The translations under genes were made by a program, and so were the position numbers. From Ascoidea asiatica JCM 7603 (Eukaryota > Fungi > Ascomycota), in contig BCKQ01000007.1 in the NCBI GenBank assembly GCA_001600695.1, positions 185,703-249,702 of the forward strand: a stretch of DNA of 64,000 nt, read 5' to 3'. The notes below the pieces were generated by a model that ran no database searches, had not been told where the DNA came from, and saw only the letters and a list, made by a program, of their open reading frames with translations. Every line of letters starts with the position of its first letter. The first letter of the stretch is position 1. Below, piece after piece: positions 1-11,208 of this stretch.

Positions 1-3000
1 ACTACTATTTCCTCTTTACCAGTTGTTTCCACATGTCTCAGTGCTACTAAAACTCTTCCAGCCTCAATAATTTCAGTTACAGGTTCAAGCAATGTTCCAT
101 CAGGTTCTGGTTTTAGTTCTTCTCAATCCTCTTTAGCAACATCGGGTAGTAATTTCAGTCCATCAAATTCTGTTCCATTATCTACTATATCTTCAACAGT
201 ATCTTTTTCAGGTTATATCTCTTCAAGTGGTATTTCTAAAACTGTTTCAATGTCTTCTTCTGGTACTTCTATTTCATCTGTCGGCGTTTCAGTTCCATCT
301 TCAGGTGCTTCTGTCTCATCATTCGGTGTTTCAATTCCATCTTCTAGCTCAGTCGCTACTTCTGTCTGTAGTAAATCTATTCAAACCTTTGCTCCATCTA
401 GTACAGCTGGTCCTACTTGTAAACTCTCTAATTACATTTCTCATAAAAATGGCGAATATTCAATTAGTTTTGGTTTCTCTCATGATCAAAATAGTGATAA
501 TGTTGAATCGGTTGACCTTGTTAGTCCCTTTGCACAAAACAAATATTCATCCGGTTCTTCTGATAAATCTTCGTGCTCTGGATTCCACCAAGAATGGACT
601 AGTGATTCCTGGGATGACTTATGTGATTCAGATTTTGAATTCAGCTACCAGTTCAAAAATTATGGTAAATATATTTTTAGTACTAAATGTAATGGTAGAA
701 AGAAATGTTATTCAATTTCAATTCCAAAAGATATTCCAAGCGATGTTTGCACAGGTATTCAAACTGTTTCGTATCCTGGTAGTTTAATATCTACATGTTT
801 AACTACTCCCGTTACTTTACTTCCTACATCTTCCAGTTTCAGTGGTTCCAACTCTTATCCTTCAGGTACATCATCGGTGCTCTCTAATAAAATCTCTTCG
901 ACTGGTTTTGGTTCGTCAACTGCACCTTCAAAAGTAAGTTCTCTTAATGGAACCCCAAGCGGCTCATCTTTACTCCCTACATATGAAACTACCTTATCTA
1001 GTTCAAGTTCCAGTTATATTCTCTCTAGTCCATCATCAACTGATAATAGTTTGCCCGTTGGTTCCTCAGCTTCTACCGGTTCTAAAATTATATCTTCAAC
1101 TGGTTCCATTACCGTCTCTTCATTAATTCCCACAGGTGTTATTTCTTCATATGTTGTCTCAACCTCTACCTCTAATAGTGTCATTGCATCAACCCTCACT
1201 TCTTCTTTTTCTTCAATTACTACTATCTCATCTGTTGTTACTTCATATGATAAATCTTCTTTCTTTTATTACTCTTCAAGCTATGGTAATTTCTCAGTTG
1301 GTACTGATAGTATTAGTATTCCAATTATCACATCCACTGTTATCGAGTCCGGTTCAACAGTTATTGTTACTATTCCATGCTCAAAATGTTTACTAACCAG
1401 TGTTTCAAGTGTTGCAACAGAATCAACTCTTGTAACTTTCTCTACAATTAATTCAGCCTCAACATTAGTTACTTCTACAACTATAAGCTCTGGTGTTACA
1501 ACTACAGTACTTAGTGCTTCAACAATAACTTCTGCCGTTGAGTCTTCCAGTGTTTCTGTATCGACATTTACCCCTGAGACTGATGTAACTTCTGCTCCTA
1601 AATCTGATATCATTTCTGAATCAACTAAACAAGAAACAACTAGCTGTTCGGAAACAACTTCAAGTGCTTCTGAAAACTTAGAATCCTCTTCATTAGTTAT
1701 TATCACTGAAAGTGGTTCTATCAAAACTCTTTATACTTCTACTTGCGATACTTCATCAACTACATCTACCTTAATTAGTATTCCAACTACTTCATCTATT
1801 TCTACCAATTCTGAAGCAATTTCTAAATCTGCTACAACCGAATTTGGTAGTGAATCAGCCTCATATTCAACCTATTTTTCTACGACTAATAGTGAATTCG
1901 CAAGTGAATCCGGGGTTTCATCTACTGAATCTACATATGAAACTATACCTACTGGCTCTGAAGCATCTGAAACTCAATATTCTTCTGTTGAAACAACTCT
2001 TGCTAGTGAATCATCTGCTGCTGCTACCGCCTTTACTGAATCGAGTTATTCTGTCACTAAAGCTTCTACATCTGCAACAAAATCTGAAGAATCTTCTGAT
2101 GTAACAAGTTCTACTGAATTAACTGAAAGTGCCACAGACTCTGTTATTACAGAATTATCTTCTACTTCAAGTGAAGAAATCTCTAGTGTTATAACAACTG
2201 GTGTTTCCGGCTCAACTACAAGTGAATTAGCTACAAGTGAGTCAAGTACTAATAAGAATGGTCTAACATCAACTTATAGTTATTACACTATTACAAGTTC
2301 TGGAGTTATTTATACTACATCCACTCCATGTGTTATTACTGAAGGAACTACAATTTTATCAGCATCAATTAAATCTAGTGAAACTGTATCATCAGTTACA
2401 TCTAGTGAAACTATATCGTCAGTTGAATCTACTGAAACTGTATCATCAGTTGAAGCCACCTTTGCAACTGAATCATCATATGAATCATTAATTTGCTCAA
2501 CACTAATGGTTTCAAGTGGTGTAACAGTTACTTCAATAATTCCATGTGAAACTGCCACTGAAGTTTCTAGTGAAACTACAAATGAAGCTTCATCTTTCAT
2601 TACAATTTCAACCAATGGTATTGAATCAACAATTAGTTCAGGAGAAATATGCTCAACTGTTATGATATCTGGTGGTGCTACAATTACATCAAATATTCCT
2701 TGTGTAAGTACAAGTGAAACTGAAACTGAAAGTGAAGTTGAGACTGGAACTTTAATTGTATCAAATGCTGAATCAACTGTTTTAGGATCAATTGAAGCTT
2801 CTAATTCTGGTGTTTGTTCAACAATTATGATCTCTAGTGGTACAACAATTACTTCTGTTATTCCATGTGTTTCAACTACTGAAATTTCAGCAAATCAAGT
2901 TTCAAGTGAAACTTCAAGTGAAAATTCTCAAGAATCAACTACATCCAGTAATAAATTAGCTGAAATCACTACATCTCCTTCAAGTGAAAGTAATGCAGCT

Positions 3001-3192
3001 ATTGAACAAAGTACTATTTATTCAGGTACTATATCTAGCTATGCTAATAGCAATAATTATACCAATACCCAAAATGAAGCTTATTCAAGTTCATCACTTT
3101 CAATTAGTTATTCTGCCTCAGGTATGATCAATCATTCATCATCCGGTTTAATTTCCTTTATTCTTAGTGGTATATTTTTATTATTTCTTTGA
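1..3192 (+). CDS. Ser/Thr-rich GPI-anchored cell-wall adhesin/flocculin-like protein, 5' end outside the window
   Basis: Frame 1 is open from base 1 (TTISSLPVVSTCLSATKTLP...) into the 250..3192 ORF. Very S/T/E rich, with Cys-containing repeats (ICSTxMxSxGxTxTSxIPC) and a hydrophobic C-terminus typical of a GPI signal (SSSGLISFILSGIFLLFL). Confidence 0.85.
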   Translation, partial: TTISSLPVVSTCLSATKTLPASIISVTGSSNVPSGSGFSSSQSSLATSGSNFSPSNSVPLSTISSTVSFSGYISSSGISKTVSMSSSGTSISSVGVSVPSSGASVSSFGVSIPSSSSVATSVCSKSIQTFAPSSTAGPTCKLSNYISHKNGEYSISFGFSHDQNSDNVESVDLVSPFAQNKYSSGSSDKSSCSGFHQEWTSDSWDDLCDSDFEFSYQFKNYGKYIFSTKCNGRKKCYSISIPKDIPSDVCTGIQTVSYPGSLISTCLTTPVTLLPTSSSFSGSNSYPSGTSSVLSNKISSTGFGSSTAPSKVSSLNGTPSGSSLLPTYETTLSSSSSSYILSSPSSTDNSLPVGSSASTGSKIISSTGSITVSSLIPTGVISSYVVSTSTSNSVIASTLTSSFSSITTISSVVTSYDKSSFFYYSSSYGNFSVGTDSISIPIITSTVIESGSTVIVTIPCSKCLLTSVSSVATESTLVTFSTINSASTLVTSTTISSGVTTTVLSASTITSAVESSSVSVSTFTPETDVTSAPKSDIISESTKQETTSCSETTSSASENLESSSLVIITESGSIKTLYTSTCDTSSTTSTLISIPTTSSISTNSEAISKSATTEFGSESASYSTYFSTTNSEFASESGVSSTESTYETIPTGSEASETQYSSVETTLASESSAAATAFTESSYSVTKASTSATKSEESSDVTSSTELTESATDSVITELSSTSSEEISSVITTGVSGSTTSELATSESSTNKNGLTSTYSYYTITSSGVIYTTSTPCVITEGTTILSASIKSSETVSSVTSSETISSVESTETVSSVEATFATESSYESLICSTLMVSSGVTVTSIIPCETATEVSSETTNEASSFITISTNGIESTISSGEICSTVMISGGATITSNIPCVSTSETETESEVETGTLIVSNAESTVLGSIEASNSGVCSTIMISSGTTITSVIPCVSTTEISANQVSSETSSENSQESTTSSNKLAEITTSPSSESNAAIEQSTIYSGTISSYANSNNYTNTQNEAYSSSSLSISYSASGMINHSSSGLISFILSGIFLLFL

Positions 3193-4564
3193 GTAAAATG
3201 ACAAATTTATGTTAATTTGAGAAAATATTCTTTCAAGTTAATCATTTATTTTCTTTGCTTGACTACATTTCCAAAGCTTTAATTCAATTTTCATTTTTTA
3301 TTTTCTTCAATCAAGACAAAATGTGAACCTAAGAATTTCAAATTTTAAACCTTTAAATTTTTAATTTTTTCAGTCTTTAATTTGCAATTTTTACTCTAAT
3401 ATCAACTCAATCAGTCACTCCTTTATTCTAATTTATTTTGAGTTTAATTTTTATTATTATATAAATCATTTATTACTTTATGATTAATTCATTTCTTCAA
3501 TCTCTAAACAACTTTAAAAAAGTTTTCTTTTCCTAAAAAAAAACCATACCTGTTATATAATTCAGCTGTCCTAGCATTGTTATTCATTTAATATATGGAT
3601 CATTTCATCTTCGATTATTTTTTTGTAATTTTCGATTAGCTTAGCTTTTGGTAACTATCGTAGTTATTGTAGTAATACTTTTTGTTCTTCATTGATTCCA
3701 ATTAAGTTAGGACATACATGCACTATATGTACGGCGTCCCTGTCCTTTCTGATTTCTGATTTCTTCTTCTGAAGCTTGGTTTGATTTTTAACCATTTTTT
3801 AATTTTTTCCCTGCCTCACTTTTTGCCCCCCTAAATCCAAAATCAGCTTTCAGATACCCGTGACCCTGCTTTCGGGCGGTCACACGAGAAGTTTCTGGCC
3901 AGAGCCCAACAAACAAACAAAGAACAGATGTCGCTTTGTGGATTTGTGCTGAGGGCACTAAGCACTAAGGTAACTAGAATTACCGCAGTGGAGCTTCTTC
4001 TGGCTGCGCTCCATGAAAAATTTTCGTGAGTTTGTCGAAAGAATTCCCTGCGCGGGCGTAAAGACCCCAGCGCAATAGTGTACGCGCTTATCTCGCTCTC
4101 TCGCACCACTTTCAATTGGATTTCTTCACTTTGAATTTGACTTTGATGGTGCAATTAATATTAATATTGATACTGATATTGAAGTTGAATATATTATTGG
4201 ATTTTAAAAATTTATCATATCCAGATTCAGAAACAAATCCAAAACTATCAAATAAATCCTTAAAGAAGAAATATACCTATCAAAAGTATCAAAAAAATCA
4301 TCCGCTGATCTATCAATTGAATCCTCAACGCAAGTTACTAAAAGATTTTATTCTTCTATTCTGTAACAGTTAAATATTAAATTTAATCTTGAATTTAAGA
4401 CATAATTCAAAATTATACAACATAATAGACAAATTAAACCATAATTATATTCCAAGATAGAAACACTTTCAAATAAAGTAAAAATTTATTCAATAATATA
4501 TTAAAAGAGCTTTAATCACATCTTATAATCAAATTTTTTTTCATAAATAAATTTCTTTTACAAA

Positions 4565-6175
4565 ATGGGTCAATTTTTATCAACTCCGGATGTTCGAAAA
4601 ACAACTGAAGTTGGTGGTAATAAATTTTTAAGTTATGCAATAAGTTCTATGCAAGGTTGGAGAATTTCCATGGAAGATTCTCATTTCGCAGTTTTGGATT
4701 TAAATAAAGTTAAAGAATTTGACAAAATTGAAAGCGAATTATCGATAACTAATAAAGATCAAAATGATAGTAATAGTGACGATAGTATTGAAAATAACGA
4801 TAATGAAAATGGAAAGGATATAAATAATCAATCAAAAGATAAAATAATTTCCAAAAATGGAGATATTGCAAATATGGATGAAACCAAGAATGAAAGTACT
4901 AATTCCAATATTGAATCTGATGATACTTTAGCATTCTTTGCTATATTTGATGGTCATGGTGGTGATAAAGCCGCTTTATATGCCGGAAAATATTTACCTT
5001 CAATACTAAAAGATCAAGAAGCATTTAAAGAAAAATCTTATAAAAAAGCATTAAAAGATTCATTTTTAGCTTGTGATTCATATATTTTAAATCCTCAAAC
5101 AACAAGGGTTGATTACAGTGGTTGTGCTGCAACTACAATATTAATTTTAAAAGATAAATTATATTGTGCAAATGCTGGTGATTCAAGAACTATAATGTCT
5201 GTAAATGGAATTGCAAAACCTTTATCTTTTGATCATAAACCTTCAAATGAAGGTGAGAAAGCAAGAATTGTTGCTGCTGGTGGTTATATTGAAGACGATA
5301 GAGTTAATGGTAATCTAGCTTTATCAAGAGCTTTAGGAGATTATGAATTTAAAAGATCTTATGTACCACCTGAAGAACAAATTGTAACTGCAGATCCAGA
5401 TATTACAGAACATGAATTAAATTTTGATAATGATGAATTTATTGTTTTAGCTTGTGATGGAATTTGGGATTGTTTAACTTCTGATGAAGTTGTACAAGTT
5501 ATTAGAAGAGGTATTAATGATAAAAAACCTTTAAGTGAAATCTGTGAATTAATTATGGATATTTGTGTAGCACCAAATTCAATTAGTTCTGGTATTGGTT
5601 GTGATAATATGAGTATTTCAATAATTGCTTTATTAAATAATCAATCAATTGATCAATGGTATCAATCAATAATTGATAAAAAAGGTCCAATTTCTGAAGA
5701 TTATGATACTGTAAGAGAGAAAATTCATAAAACTCGTTCTGCTTATTCAAATAATATAGGTTTTGGATCAGATTCTTCCTCTCAATTAATAGATGAATTT
5801 GATGATCCTTTAAATCCAAATGATATGTCAATAAATAATGATTTACAAGAAATTAAAGATGATAATTCAAATTCAATGGCTGTATCTTTAGAAGAATTAA
5901 TAGAATCTAATACAGTTACATCTCATGATGGTGTTTTTTATATTGATTCTTCTAATTTGGAGAAAATGAGAGCTTTGTCTTCTGGAAATACTACTTTCAA
6001 AGCAGATGAAGATGAGGATGAAAATGAAGATAAAAGCCAAAATGACTCTTCTAATTCAAATGAAAGCGCAAATCCTATTGTACATAAAGCTGACTCTTCA
6101 AAAGTAAGTAAACCAGATGAAAATGAACATGATATTGAACATGAAGAAATTAAATCAAAAGTGGAAGTAATTTAG
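4565..6175 (+). CDS. PTC2: PP2C protein phosphatase (Ptc2/Ptc3 family)
   Basis: MGQFLSTP N-terminus; SMQGWRISMEDSH, FDGHGG, ANAGDSR, DHKP, RVNGNLALSRALGD, LACDGIWD and GCDNMS motifs. Confidence 0.93.
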   Translation: MGQFLSTPDVRKTTEVGGNKFLSYAISSMQGWRISMEDSHFAVLDLNKVKEFDKIESELSITNKDQNDSNSDDSIENNDNENGKDINNQSKDKIISKNGDIANMDETKNESTNSNIESDDTLAFFAIFDGHGGDKAALYAGKYLPSILKDQEAFKEKSYKKALKDSFLACDSYILNPQTTRVDYSGCAATTILILKDKLYCANAGDSRTIMSVNGIAKPLSFDHKPSNEGEKARIVAAGGYIEDDRVNGNLALSRALGDYEFKRSYVPPEEQIVTADPDITEHELNFDNDEFIVLACDGIWDCLTSDEVVQVIRRGINDKKPLSEICELIMDICVAPNSISSGIGCDNMSISIIALLNNQSIDQWYQSIIDKKGPISEDYDTVREKIHKTRSAYSNNIGFGSDSSSQLIDEFDDPLNPNDMSINNDLQEIKDDNSNSMAVSLEELIESNTVTSHDGVFYIDSSNLEKMRALSSGNTTFKADEDEDENEDKSQNDSSNSNESANPIVHKADSSKVSKPDENEHDIEHEEIKSKVEVI

Positions 6176-7952
6176 ATTTTCATTTTCTTCCTTTTCTTCC
6201 CTTTTTTCAATTATTATTAACTTTTAATTTTTGATTTTTAATTTCTAATTTTTTTTGTTTTCCCTATCTATCTATTTATGAAAATTTAATCGATGTTTTT
6301 TTGTTTTTAAATTTGAATTTTCCCAACTCAACTAATTTCTTTTTGATTTAATTATCTTGGTTCTTCATATGTTTTTATTTCATGAAAATACTTTATCTTA
6401 AGAGGTTTTACTTTATATTTATATTGTATTAATGATTTATAATACTTATATAACAATTAGTTTGTTAATTGAATTTATAATTATTGGTTTTTATTAATTT
6501 TGTTTATTGGTATTTCATTTTTTTTTTTTTTTGAAATAAAGATTTTTTTGTTAAATTCTAATTTTATTTTATTAGTCTATTTATTTACTAAATTTTTTTG
6601 TTTATTTTCAATCCTTATATTTTTATATTTAAATATTTACTTCCTCTTTTTGCTACTTAATAATTATTATCGAATTATTCATCTTTCAACTTTTAGCTTA
6701 TTATTTCAGCTTTCCCTTTTCTCTTGAATTTTTCTTTGTACTTTATATACTTTAGCGTCGACCTCAAATGATCATTATTTTTCAATTTCAATAGTCATTA
6801 TGGACTTTTAAATCTACTATACATAAAATTTCTCTTCTTTAAATAATAAAAACCATCGGAATAAATCTTGAATACAGCAGGTTTGAACTACTCAAACTCT
6901 GATATTGAATTACTTTTAATTATTAAATTCAATGTCACTGCTTTTACACTGACAATTTCTGATTTAGATTGAAAATATAAAAGAATGCGTCCAACTGTAC
7001 CATAATGCCTAAAGTTTATCAAATTTTTCCAATTTCCTATATAGGCAATATCTTCGGCATTTCGGCAATCAAACGCCCCACTCCAAAAAAACTCGTAAAA
7101 TGAGAAATCAAATATCAAAAGCCACAAAAGCAAAAAAAAATTAAAACTTTTTGTGTTGTTTTTATATGATAATTATATAAAAATAAAGACAAGGTGTTAG
7201 CTATTGATACGAGTACATAAAGTGTTTTTATATTGAATATCTCAGCTGAATTCTAAGCAAAATGATTTTATCATGAGCTAACAAATAGCCGAGAAAGCAC
7301 AATGCTAGTTCAATTCAAATACTGAAATTAGTTGGAAAACTATAAATGAGTAAAAAATATGCTGAAAAAATGATCTAATATTTACAAGGATCGTGAAAGA
7401 ATCTGAATTCAAATAACTTTTTGGGAGAATTTGAATAAGCTTTCAGAAGTTAACTAGCAAATAAAAAAGAAACTTGGCAAATTACAGTATTTCAACTCCT
7501 CATATCCAATAAAATGTAAATTAAACAATTGAGGGACTTACGATATTGTTGTTTTGTAGTAATTTCAGAGTCTATACCTTTCAGTATCTAGTTTTCTTAG
7601 ATCTAAAAATCATAGAATTTGTATAGATACAGGGGCAATTGAAACAAGTCAAATCTGAGCTACGATATTGAAAGGGTCCTTGAACATTTTAAAGTGGAAC
7701 AAGATCTTTTAATCGTAAAATCCTGGTCTATGGTGAAATGTTTGAAAATGTTAAAATATTAAATATTCATGCCAATTTATATGCTTCAGAATTCATTGAA
7801 TTAAAAAATTTTGAAGATTGAAAGTAATCTGAGAGAATTTTTAAGATTTTTTAATTTTTTCAATACTATAAAAACTCATTATTTTCTTCTTAATTTTCAT
7901 TCAATTTGACAAATAAATTTATCAAAATAGTCTCTTAAATAGTATTTCAAAA

Positions 7953-9617
7953 ATGGATAGAATCAGCACAAAATTTTCAAGAAATTTAACAAGTATAGAA
8001 CTATTATTTGCTTACAGTAATGAATTTGATTATGCTACGAATTTCACCTTATCTGGAGTTTATAATAAAGATTTAACAAAAGAAATTCTAGTTCCAGTTT
8101 TAAAAAATTTAATTTCAAAATTTTCATTTTTAACATTAAATGTATATCATGATAATTCAAATAAATCCAAAAATAAGTTATTTTTAAAACCAGTAGAAAT
8201 TATAAAATTTAATAGTATTGTTTCATTTATTGATGATGAAAATAATGAATTAATTAATTTAATTCAAGAAAAAATTCAATATTTTTCATTTGATTTAAAT
8301 TCAAATGATAAGCCATTATGGAAAATAATTATTTTAAATAAAAGAACATTAATATTTTATTGTGATCATGGTTTATTTGATGGAAATTCAGCAGCTAATT
8401 TTCATAAACATTTTTTAATCACTTTAAATCAATTTATTGAAAATAATTCAAATAATTCAAATAATTCAAATAATTCAGATAGTTCAATTGAAATTCATGA
8501 TAATGATCCAATTTTATTTAATTTTGAAAAAGATTCTCAATTATTAAATGAAATTCCACCAACTTTTGAAAAAATTATTAATAAATCACCATCTTTAAAT
8601 TATTTTATTGAAATGATTTATGATGGATTTATTCCAAATTTATTAAAAAAATATATAACCAAATCATCAATTTTTTTTAAAAAAATTTTAAATTATACTA
8701 AAAATTTACTTAAATTCAATTCAATTGATTTAAATAAATCAAAAACTTTTGAAAATTATGAAAATTTATATTCTGGTGAAAATTTTCAAAATTTTAAAAT
8801 TAAATCTGATACAAAAGATCCTAATACAATTTATAAATTATTAAATATAAATAATTTAAAATCTAAGAAATTATTAAATTTAATTAGAGAAAAAAATATA
8901 AAATTAACATCATTTTTAACATATGTTTCATTATTATCATATTCACCAATTACTAAAAATTCAGATACTTCTGCATTTATTTTAGTAAATCTTAGAAGAA
9001 ATATTAAAAATAAAATTAAAGATGAATTAATTAATGATGATTTTGGACTTTTTATATCAAAATTTAATATATATTCACCATCAATGAATAAAATTATTAA
9101 TGAAAATTGTAAAATTAAATCAGATTCTATTCCAGATTATATAAATTTTGATTTTTTTAAAAAAGAAAAAAATTTATCATTATGTTGGAATTGGGAATTT
9201 ATTAAAGCATTTAATGATAAATGTCATTCAATTATTAAAAATGAAAGTTATCTTTGTTTTCTTGGAGCTTTAAATATATTAAATTTAGAAAGTATGCTTA
9301 AAAAATTAAAAAAAGCACCAAAAAGTGATACATTGGTAGTTACAAATTTAGGTTTGAAAATGTTGAATAAATCAAATGAGTTTAATGATGATGATGATGA
9401 TGATGATGAAAATGAAGATAATGATCAGGTAAAACTTTTAGATTTAATTTTTACTTTACCAACTGGAGGTCCAGTAGGTAATTTTTTTTCAATGAATATT
9501 GTTAGTACTGAAATTGGTGGAATAAATATTGTATGTTGTTCAATAAAAGAATATTCAAAAGAATTTGAATTGGCATTTGAAGCATTTGAAAAACTTTTAG
9601 ATTTCATTACAAGATAA
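7953..9617 (+). CDS. Alcohol/N-acetyltransferase, AATase family (Atf1/Sli1-like)
   Basis: HxxxDG catalytic motif DHGLFDGNSA preceded by KPLWKIIIL; VNLR and DFGLF elements; C-terminal FSMNIVSTEIGGINI; 554 aa. Confidence 0.8.
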   Translation: MDRISTKFSRNLTSIELLFAYSNEFDYATNFTLSGVYNKDLTKEILVPVLKNLISKFSFLTLNVYHDNSNKSKNKLFLKPVEIIKFNSIVSFIDDENNELINLIQEKIQYFSFDLNSNDKPLWKIIILNKRTLIFYCDHGLFDGNSAANFHKHFLITLNQFIENNSNNSNNSNNSDSSIEIHDNDPILFNFEKDSQLLNEIPPTFEKIINKSPSLNYFIEMIYDGFIPNLLKKYITKSSIFFKKILNYTKNLLKFNSIDLNKSKTFENYENLYSGENFQNFKIKSDTKDPNTIYKLLNINNLKSKKLLNLIREKNIKLTSFLTYVSLLSYSPITKNSDTSAFILVNLRRNIKNKIKDELINDDFGLFISKFNIYSPSMNKIINENCKIKSDSIPDYINFDFFKKEKNLSLCWNWEFIKAFNDKCHSIIKNESYLCFLGALNILNLESMLKKLKKAPKSDTLVVTNLGLKMLNKSNEFNDDDDDDDENEDNDQVKLLDLIFTLPTGGPVGNFFSMNIVSTEIGGINIVCCSIKEYSKEFELAFEAFEKLLDFITR

Positions 9618-11208
9618 ATTAATATGATATAGTTAATAAAGACATGAAAATATTCATTATTTACTTAGTTGGTAATAATGGATTTTGTATGTTTTATAAG
9701 TTTATAAAATAGCATTTTTAATATCGTTAAAGACTAGTATCATTATTTTTCATTGACTCTCTGATATACCTGTCGAGTATCTCATTCTCCATAACATTTT
9801 CAATTACTTTTTTTTAACTTGATTTAAACCAAACTGGGAAATATTATTCAATAATCAAGGGGTTTAAAAATATTATTACCCAGTTCTTTTCTCTATTTAC
9901 TTTTTTATTTATTACGTAACGCAGGAATTCAAATCTCCTAATTTAGGCTTTGACCCATCCTTGAAAAGATATCACATGTAAAATAACGTGACTTTAACCC
10001 GTGACTTTCTAAAACTAAGAAAATGCTTTGCCGGGCTAAGCAGCCGGGGAATATTTGGAAGATTACAAATTGGGAAATATTTAGTTCCGAGCGCGCTAAG
10101 ATTAATGAATATCCGAGTCACCGGAACGGAACTCGTTCAACCGGTGAGCAGTTCTAGAATTTGTAGGGTGAGGGCCAAGAAAAGGGGTTTGGAAAGCAAC
10201 AAGGAACAAGAGAAACAAGAGAAAACAAGCCTTTTGGGTGGGCAGACAGGCAGGGCGCAGCACAACGCCACAGATGGTGCTGCCAGTGCACGGAGTCCTA
10301 AAACTGCAGCAACTTCCGCCACCGGAATCAGCTGATAGCGCATGTTGGTGCCACTGCACTAGCCCTCATTGCCACTACTGCCACTCCTGCCACTGCACCC
10401 GCACCAGCCACCGCGTCCACGGATACCCAACTACGTGTGCAACTTCACCAACTTCACCAACTTCACTGGCTCCACTGGCTCCATGACTTCAGTGGCTTCA
10501 CTGAGCTGACTGAATAAATTTAATAAATTTATCACCGTTACAAAAAACAAGACTTGTAAAGCTTGATTTTTATGAATCTGATATCACAAATCTTATTATT
10601 ACTGATATTATTATTACTGATATTATTACTATCACTAATACTGTTACTGTTATTATTATTCATCGAGTCCATGTTTATTCTCAGTCGCATGTATTTATCA
10701 GATCTATTCTCTCAGTAATACTCCAATACTATTCTCATATCAAACACATTTCAAATATATTATCAAATATACAATCAAGTATTTTAGCAAACATAATTTA
10801 ATAACATACGTTTAAAATAAACTCTGAGTTCCATTATTTCAAATAATTTCTTTACTTTCAATAAATAAATCATTGATTATAGTTTGTATTCTTTCCTTAT
10901 TATTCAAAATTATTAAATCAATTTATAATTTGTAAATTAACTGGTAATCAAATAATAATATACCTCATTCATAATAACCCAGATATTTCATTCTTGATTC
11001 ATTTTCAATTTGAATCAAATCATAAATCAATAAGCTTATAAATATATTGTATCACATCCCATACACAACTCCTCATATTCACTTTTCATATAAAATATTT
11101 TAAATATTATTAATATCATAAATATAAGTTAATATAACTTAATATTACACTTATTTTTTTTAAAAAAACAATCTTTATTTAAAATTTTTATAATATAATT
11201 AGCCGCCA

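Noticed and set aside
227-2615. Alternative-frame and antisense ORFs within the adhesin, and similar ones inside other genes
   Set aside because: Shadow ORFs caused by biased, repetitive codon usage.
3843-4373. 103-aa and 85-aa ORFs upstream of PTC2
   Set aside because: Lie in promoter/leader DNA with no recognisable domain.
9988-10486. Four overlapping short ORFs in the GC island before RIM8
   Set aside because: Expected from stop-codon scarcity in GC-rich DNA; several lack ATG starts and codon usage is not host-like.
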